From the IMG/VR virus record IMGVR_UViG_2061766007_000682: 64,000 nucleotides of DNA; one strand, written 5' to 3'. This DNA is from an uncultured virus (IMG/VR IMGVR_UViG_2061766007_000682). Its lineage: Duplodnaviria > Heunggongvirae > Uroviricota > Caudoviricetes. Below are positions 57,450 to 64,000 of this stretch, one piece after another. Both the position numbers and the translations under genes were made by a program. The notes beneath the pieces are model-generated. The model had not been told where the DNA came from. It ran no database searches and was given only the letters and a program-made list of their open reading frames with translations. Numbering within the stretch: position 1 is the stretch's first letter; every line of letters starts with the position of its first letter.

Positions 57450-57652
57450 AAATTCAATTTAAAAATGTCAAATTTTGTTGATATTTAGGCCGTTTACGGG
57501 CTTAATTTGTTGACAAACCTGGCACGAACGGCGAAAAAATGTCAAATTTTAAGTCAAAATATGTCAAAAATCTTTGATATTTTTGATAAAATTGTTGAAA
57601 AAACATGAAAAATTCATCAAAATTTGCACAAAATTGCACAAAACTGTTTTTA
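57450..57652. other. Putative replication origin region
   Basis: Non-coding, AT-rich, repeated (AT)GTCAAA and TTGA(C/T)A elements, upstream of the helicase-primase. Confidence 0.5.
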
Positions 57653-58065
57653 ANNNNNNNNNNNNNNNNNNNNNNNNNNNNNNNNNNNNNNNNNNNNNNN
57701 NNNNNNNNNNNNNNNNNNNNNNNNNNNNNNNNNNNNNNNNNNNNNNNNNNNNNNNNNNNNNNNNNNNNNNNNNNNNNNNNNNNNNNNNNNNNNNNNNNNN
57801 NNNNNNNNNNNNNNNNNNNNNNNNNNNNNNNNNNNNNNNNNNNNNNNNNNNNNNNNNNNNNNNNNNNNNNNNNNNNNNNNNNNNNNNNNNNNNNNNNNNN
57901 NNNNNNNNNNNNNNNNNNNNNNNNNNNNNNNNNNNNNNNNNNNNNNNNNNNNNNNNNNNNNNNNNNNNNNNNNNNNNNNNNNNNNNNNNNNNNNNNNNNN
58001 NNNNNNNNNNNNNNNNNNNNNNNNNNNNNNNNNNNNNNNNNNNNNNNNNNNNNNNNNNNNNNNNC

Positions 58066-59738
58066 TCCAAAGATTTGATGGTAAAAGGTTCTAAGTTCTA
58101 TGCTATATGGGATGAAGAAGCCGGATTATGGTCTACAGATTTATATGACGTTCAAAGATTAATTGATAAAGAACTCGATGACTATGTAGCCAAGAATAAT
58201 TTTGACACTAGAGTCAAGATTAGATATCTGGCTTCTTTCTCTTCACAGATTTGGACTACGTTCTTGAAGTATGTAGCTTCATGTCCTGACAATTATAAAT
58301 TGCTGGATAGAACAATTACGTTTGCTGATACACCAGTTAAGAAGAGCGATTATATTTCTAGGAAGCTTCCATATACTTTGAATGATATACCAACTCCAGC
58401 GTATGATGAATTAACAAATTCATTATATTCTCCTGATCAGAAAGAAAAGTTTGAATGGGTGATTGGATCGATAATAGCTGGCGATTCAAGAAAGATTCAA
58501 AAGTTTCTTGTGTTTTATGGAAAACCTGGAACTGGTAAAAGTACAATTCTTAATATTATACAGAAATTATTTGAAGGATACTTTAATTCATTCAATTCAA
58601 AAGCATTAGGAAATTCCAATTCTGAATTTTCAATAGAACCTTTTAGATTAAATCCACTAATTGCTATTGAACATGAAGGTGATCTATCGCATATTGAAGA
58701 TAACACGAGATTAAATAGCATAACGAGCCATGAACCGATAACTGTAAACTTAAAGCATAAATCTATGTACACTGATACATTTACGTCAATGTGTATTATT
58801 GGTACTAATAAACCTGTAAAGATTACAGATTCAAAGTCTGGTATTATTCGAAGACTAATTGATGTAAATCCTAAAGGTATTATTATTCCTGAAAAGAGAT
58901 ACGACGCATTATATCATCAAATAGATTTTGAGTTAGGTGGAATCGCAAAACATTGTTTGGATGTCTATACTTCACTTGGTAAAAATTATTACAAAGATTA
59001 CAAGCCGATTGCAATGATGCAGAAAACTGATGTATTCTTCAATTATATTCAAGAGTATTACAATGAGTATGCAGATGCAAATGAAGTAACATTGAAAAAA
59101 GCTTGGATGAATTATTTGGAATTTTGTAATAATACTAATATTAAGTATGACATGCCTCAGTATAAGTTCAGAGAAGAATTAAAAGAATATTTTGATGAAT
59201 TCCTTGAACAAACTACTATGGGAAATGGAATGCGAGTACGTAGTTTATATAGAGGTTTTAAGAAAGAGAAAATTTATTTAGAAGTAACAAAGCCTGAAAA
59301 AGATAAAACTAAAAAGAACGAGGCTAAGCCATGGGCATTTAATTTAAATAGCACAAAGTCATTGTTAGACAAAGCATTGGCTGACTGTCCTGCACAATAT
59401 GCAAAAGAAGATGGAACACCTGTGACAACTTGGAGTCGTAATATGTATATATTAAAAGACATCGACACAAAAGAGTTGCATTATGTGAAACCGCCTCTTA
59501 ATCATATTGTTATTGACTTTGACTTGAAGAACTCTAATGGCGAAAAAGATTTCNNNNNNNNNNNNNNNNNNNNNNNNNNNNNNNNNNNNNNNNNNNNNNN
59601 NNNNNNNNNNNNNNNNNNCATCTTCATTATATTTATCAAGGAGACCCAGAAATGCTGGCATCTGTCTATGATACAAATATTGAAGTAAAAGTATTTAAAG
59701 GTCGTTCATCTTTGAGGCGTAAACTTACTAAATGTAAT
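58066..59738 (+). CDS. SF3 (D5-like) helicase plus primase-like domain (5' end in gap)
   Basis: Walker A GKPGTGKS, GTNK, RRL; HIVIDFD and, after a gap, HLHY AEP-like motifs. Confidence 0.8.
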
Positions 59739-59775
59739 NNNNNNNNNNNNNNNNNNNNNNNNNGCGGTTGACAAA

Positions 59776-61863
59776 ATGGTAGATTTTACAGTATTAAAGA
59801 ATGAAGCAGCATTAGACACTTATATTCGTAAGTGCCTTAATAAGGAATATTCTCCACATGCGACTAAGCCAATGATAGATTATATTTATGACGCATTGCT
59901 TAAAGCATATGAATCAGGCATGGATTATGACATGTCTAAATGGTATTCTGATATTATGGCCTTCGGACAGAATAGTTCTCATAATGCTGATTATTGTGTA
60001 CGAAAAGTAGTTGAAATGAAATTTAAAGGAAAGAAGTATGAACAGCAGGAAGAAGTTCCAACTAAAATCTCGGATGGGAAATATGACGATGATAGACTTG
60101 TGTTCTTTGATATCGAAGTATTTCCTAATCTTTTAATGATTGTGTGGAAATTTAAAGACGATGATCATATGAATGTCCTTATTAATCCAGAACAAGAAGA
60201 AGTAAGACGATTGTTTCGTTTGAAACTTGTTGGATTCAACTGCCGTCGATACGATAATCACATTGTGTATGCTGCAGGAGCAGGGTTTACACTAAAAGAA
60301 TTATATTCTTTGAGCAAGATGATTATTAAAGAGCAAAAAGGATTTATTGTGCCAGCGTATGGATTGTCGTATGCTGACATTTATGACTTCTCGACTACTA
60401 AGCAAAGTCTTAAGCGATTTGAGATTGATCTTGGTATTCATCACCAGGAACTTCCATTAGATTGGAACAAACCTGTNNNNNNNNNNNNNNNNNNNNNNNN
60501 NNNNNNNNNNTGTAACGACGTTAGAGCAACTGAAGCAACATTTAATAAGTTGCAAGCTGACTATGATGCTAGATGTATTATTGCTGAGCTGGCAGGTTTA
60601 ACACCTAACTCAACAACAAGAGTTTGCACAGAGCATATTATATTTGGCGAAGACATGCATCCGCAAGATAAGTTTGTTTACACCGACTTGTCTACAATCT
60701 TTCCGGGCTATGTATTTAAATCCGGTAAGAGTACATATGCTGGTGAAGTAATCGGAGAAGGCGGATATGTATATGCTGAACCCGGTGCGTATGGCAAAGT
60801 NNNNNNNNNNNNNNNNNNNNNNNNNNNNNNNNNNNNNNNNNNNNNNNNNNNNNNNNNNNNNNNNNNNNNNNNNNNNNNNNNNNNNNNNNNNNNNNNNNNN
60901 NNNNNTAAATGGTATCTTGGTTCCATATATGTCTGATGAAGCAGCTTGTAAAAAATTAGCTTATGCTCTAAAGATCGTAATTAATAGCGTATATGGTTTA
61001 ACATGTGCATCATTTGAGAACAGGTTTAGAGACCCAAGAAACATTGACAACATTGTTGCTAAGAGAGGCGCATTATTCATGTGCACTCTTAAACACAAGG
61101 TTCAGGAAATGGGTTACAAGGTTGTTCATATTAAAACGGATTCAATTAAGATTGCAGAGCCAGATGAGACAATTATTAAATTCGTAACAGAATTTGGTAA
61201 ATCATATGGTTACTCGTTTGAGGTTGAACATGAATTTGAACGAATCTTACTTGTAAATGATGCTGTTTATGTTGGTAAAACTACAGAACCGGATGACGAT
61301 GGTCTTTATTGGACAGCAACCGGAGCTGAGTTTAAACGGCCATACATATTTAAGATGCTCTTTACTAAGCAACCAATTATATTCTCAGACTTGTGTGAAA
61401 CAAAGCAAGTGCAAACTGAGATTTATTTGGATTTTAATGAAGAGAATCCTGATAAGCATAGATACACTTTTGTTGGTAAGGTCGGATCATTCTTACCAGT
61501 CAGAGAAGGTTGTGGCGGAGGCTTACTTATGAGAAAAGTAAATGCTGATGACCAAATACCTGTTGACGTCTGGTTGGATGAGAAAGATGTTGTTGACGAA
61601 AAAGACTCAAAGAAATTTAATAAATTTGCGTCAGTAACAGGAGCAAAAGGGTATCGTTGGAAAGAGGCTGAACTCATTAAAGATGACTTCGAGTCTCAAA
61701 TTGATATGACATACTATAATAATATGGCAGATGAAGCAAAGAATCATATTATGGAATTCTGTGATTATGAACTGTTTGTTTCAGATGACGATTATATAGT
61801 NNNNNNNNNNNNNNNNNNNNNNNNNNNNNNNNAAATGAAGATTTACCATGGGACAACAATTAA
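59776..61863 (+). CDS. DNA polymerase (3'-5' exonuclease plus family B-like motifs)
   Basis: FDIEVF, GFN..YD, C.NDV..T; KIVINSVYG and KTDS; joined across gaps. Confidence 0.85.
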
Positions 61864-61892
61864 AACATTTAAAATTTTAGGAGGATTTAAAA

Positions 61893-62366
61893 ATGAAAAT
61901 TAAGGTAATGAGACCCGCAAATGGTGGAAGAGATGTTTATGTTATTCAGAATGCTCAGCTTAAGTATAAGAACTTTAGTGGCAAGCAGGGCAAGTTCCCA
62001 GGATCTAGATCGGTCAACGTTCTTGTTGATGCTGAGGATAAGGCAATGATGGAAGCAAAGGGTCTCAGAGTTAATGAGAGAACTAATCCGCATACAAACG
62101 AAGTTGAGTATACAATTAGAATTAATGTTAAGATGCTTCCTGGCAACTCTCCGAAGATCACTCAGAGAACTGGTAANNNNNNNNNNNNNNNNGAAGTAAC
62201 TGTAGAAGCTCTCGACAGTGTTTCCATCAGCAAGGCAGATGTTGCCTGGACTTACGGTTTTGGAACAGGAAATCCCGTTGCTTACCTTAAGGAAATGAAT
62301 GTGGTTATTGTTCCTTCCATCTTTGCACCGGATGCGAATGATTATTACATGGAGACCCATGATTGA
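61893..62366 (+). CDS. Putative single-stranded DNA-binding protein
   Basis: NA....KNFSG...R, LD...I..AD, AYLK.M; position in replication module. Confidence 0.6.
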   Translation: MKIKVMRPANGGRDVYVIQNAQLKYKNFSGKQGKFPGSRSVNVLVDAEDKAMMEAKGLRVNERTNPHTNEVEYTIRINVKMLPGNSPKITQRTGXXXXXXEVTVEALDSVSISKADVAWTYGFGTGNPVAYLKEMNVVIVPSIFAPDANDYYMETHD

Positions 62367-63577
62367 TTCACTTAGATGATTATCAGTTAGATGCGATTAA
62401 AAGGCTAAGGACTGGCTCCATTCTTTGTGGTGGAGTCGGTTCTGGCAAATCGCGAACTGCATTAGCATACTATTATATTCAGCAAGGAGGGTCTTTGGAT
62501 CCTTACTCTCCTATGGATTTTTATACGGCTAAGGATTTATACATAATAACTACGGCAAGAAAACGTGATACTTATGAATGGGAAGATGAAACAATTCCAT
62601 TTCTGCTAAACAAGGAAGACGATAAACACCGTAATTATATTTGTAACTACTATGTTGATTCTTGGAACAACATTAAAAAATATGCAAACGTTAAAGATTC
62701 ATTTTTCATCTTTGATGAACAGAGAGTAGTTGGATATGGTGCATGGACTCAAGCATTTTTAAAAATAGCAAAGAACAATGCATGGATTTTATTAAGTGCT
62801 ACACCTGGCGATTGCTGGTCAGATTATATTCCAGTGTTTGTTGCAAATGGCTTTTATAAAAATAAAACTGAGTTTACAAAAGAGCATATCATTTACAAGC
62901 CATTTAGGTCTTATCCTATAATTGATCGATATGTTAATACTAGGAAGCTTGATTATTTTAAAAGTAAAATTTTAATAGACATGGATTACAAAAGTCCAGC
63001 AACAGAAATTTATATAGATGTTCCTGTTTCATATGATAGAGATAAATACATNNNNNNNNNNNNNNNNNNNNNNNNNNNNNNNNNNNNNNNNNNNNNNNNT
63101 ATTGTAAATGCTAGCGAATATTGTAGTATACTTAGAAAGATTATTAATAGCGATAAATCAAGATCCGATGAAGTTATTAGATTATGCGAAAGACATAAAA
63201 AGGTAATTATATTTTATAACTTTGATTATGAACTCGAGATATTGCAAAATTTATTAACTGTGCATAAGATACCATTTTCCGAATGGAATGGTCATAAGCA
63301 TGAACCAATTTTGAAATCAGATCATTGGGTTTACTTGATACAGTATTCTGCTGGGTCTGAAGGTTGGAACTGCATAGAGACAAATGTAATTATATTCTAT
63401 TCACAGACTTATTCATATAAGCAAATGATTCAGTCAGCTGGAAGAATTAATCGAAGGAATACACCTTTCAAAGAATTATATTTGTATCGATTTAAATCTA
63501 AAGCAGGAATTGATAAGGCAATAACTCGAGCTTTGAACAACAAAGAAGATTTTAATGCCAGAAAGTTCTTCGCGTAG
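62363..63577 (+). CDS. SF2 (SNF2-like) helicase
   Basis: GVGSGKS, FDEQ, LSATPG, EG.N, Q..GR..R. Confidence 0.9.
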   Translation: MIHLDDYQLDAIKRLRTGSILCGGVGSGKSRTALAYYYIQQGGSLDPYSPMDFYTAKDLYIITTARKRDTYEWEDETIPFLLNKEDDKHRNYICNYYVDSWNNIKKYANVKDSFFIFDEQRVVGYGAWTQAFLKIAKNNAWILLSATPGDCWSDYIPVFVANGFYKNKTEFTKEHIIYKPFRSYPIIDRYVNTRKLDYFKSKILIDMDYKSPATEIYIDVPVSYDRDKYXXXXXXXXXXXXXXXXXIVNASEYCSILRKIINSDKSRSDEVIRLCERHKKVIIFYNFDYELEILQNLLTVHKIPFSEWNGHKHEPILKSDHWVYLIQYSAGSEGWNCIETNVIIFYSQTYSYKQMIQSAGRINRRNTPFKELYLYRFKSKAGIDKAITRALNNKEDFNARKFFA

Positions 63578-63598
63578 AAATCTAACTATATTATAGAA
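63569..63598 (+). promoter_or_regulatory. TTCGCG-N17-TATAGAA element
   Basis: Overlaps helicase stop; same spacing as array elements. Confidence 0.75.
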
Positions 63599-63665
63599 GG
63601 GGATACGTAGAGTGTGTCAAAAACATGCTCTACTGCCCTTTTTATTTTTTCAGGAGGAACAGCAA

Positions 63666-63959
63666 ATGAGGGAGTCAACTTTTAGAACTGGATTTATTAG
63701 AAAGCTCAGACTCTTAAGTCCAGACATCTTTGTTGAATTCGCAGACCCATCTCGGGTTAACGGAATTCCTGATCTGATTATTTTTTATCGAGATAAGCAT
63801 GCTCGCATAGAAACTAAGAGATCAAAGAACGCATCTAAACGATTGCATCAGGAACATTATATTCAGTTGTTCAATTCGTATGGTGTTTATTCGACTTTCC
63901 TTACACCAGAAAATGAGGAGGAAGTTTTAAATGAGCTTAGAAGGTATTTCCAACTATAA
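63666..63959 (+). CDS. VRR-NUC / Holliday junction resolvase-like nuclease
   Basis: ES.F, GIPDL, IETK, Q motifs. Confidence 0.8.
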   Translation: MRESTFRTGFIRKLRLLSPDIFVEFADPSRVNGIPDLIIFYRDKHARIETKRSKNASKRLHQEHYIQLFNSYGVYSTFLTPENEEEVLNELRRYFQL

Positions 63960-64000
63960 AGACAAGCATGCGTTTCTTGCACCGTCGCAACCGGCGTGGC

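Noticed and set aside
57564..58078. ORF-track calls spanning the large gap
   Set aside because: Mostly X residues; the flanking sequence is non-coding repeat DNA.
24780..61832. Apparent frameshifts or split genes in baseplate, LRR, endolysin, tagged protein 5, primase and polymerase
   Set aside because: Every frame change coincides with an N gap of estimated length; not evidence of pseudogenes or recoding.
1..64000. Prophage or temperate lifestyle; alternative genetic code
   Set aside because: No integrase, att site or host genes are seen, though the genome may extend beyond the window; core genes are intact under the standard code and all three stops are used.

Overview
Near-complete scaffold (many N gaps) of an AT-rich tailed dsDNA phage with siphovirus-type organisation; all credible genes are on the + strand. 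Strong AAAGGAGGTGA RBSs and peptidoglycan-binding domains suggest a Gram-positive (probably Bacillota) host. Order: packaging and head (0.5-9.8 kb, including a protease-capsid fusion), neck/tail (9.8-29.8 kb, two tandem major tail genes, 2685-aa tape measure), lysis (29.9-33 kb), an array of single-gene cassettes (33.9-38.3 kb), many small early genes (38-57 kb), a putative origin, and a helicase/primase/polymerase module (58-64 kb). No integrase, reverse transcriptase or CRISPR array is visible. Main unusual signals: (1) a repeat-spacer-like cassette array in which a repeated hairpin supplies the last codons and stop of unrelated microproteins and abuts a TTCGCR-N17-TATRRAA element; (2) two related ~180-nt RNAs closed by 27-29 bp G-U-rich covarying stems; (3) seven proteins sharing an N-terminal LxH(H/Y)G tag that matches repeated motifs in the protease-capsid linker; (4) a tRNA-like RNA with an AAC anticodon occupying one cassette slot; (5) strand-polarised motifs ATTATATT and AAAATCAAAATG. 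Family assignments are by eye, without database searches.
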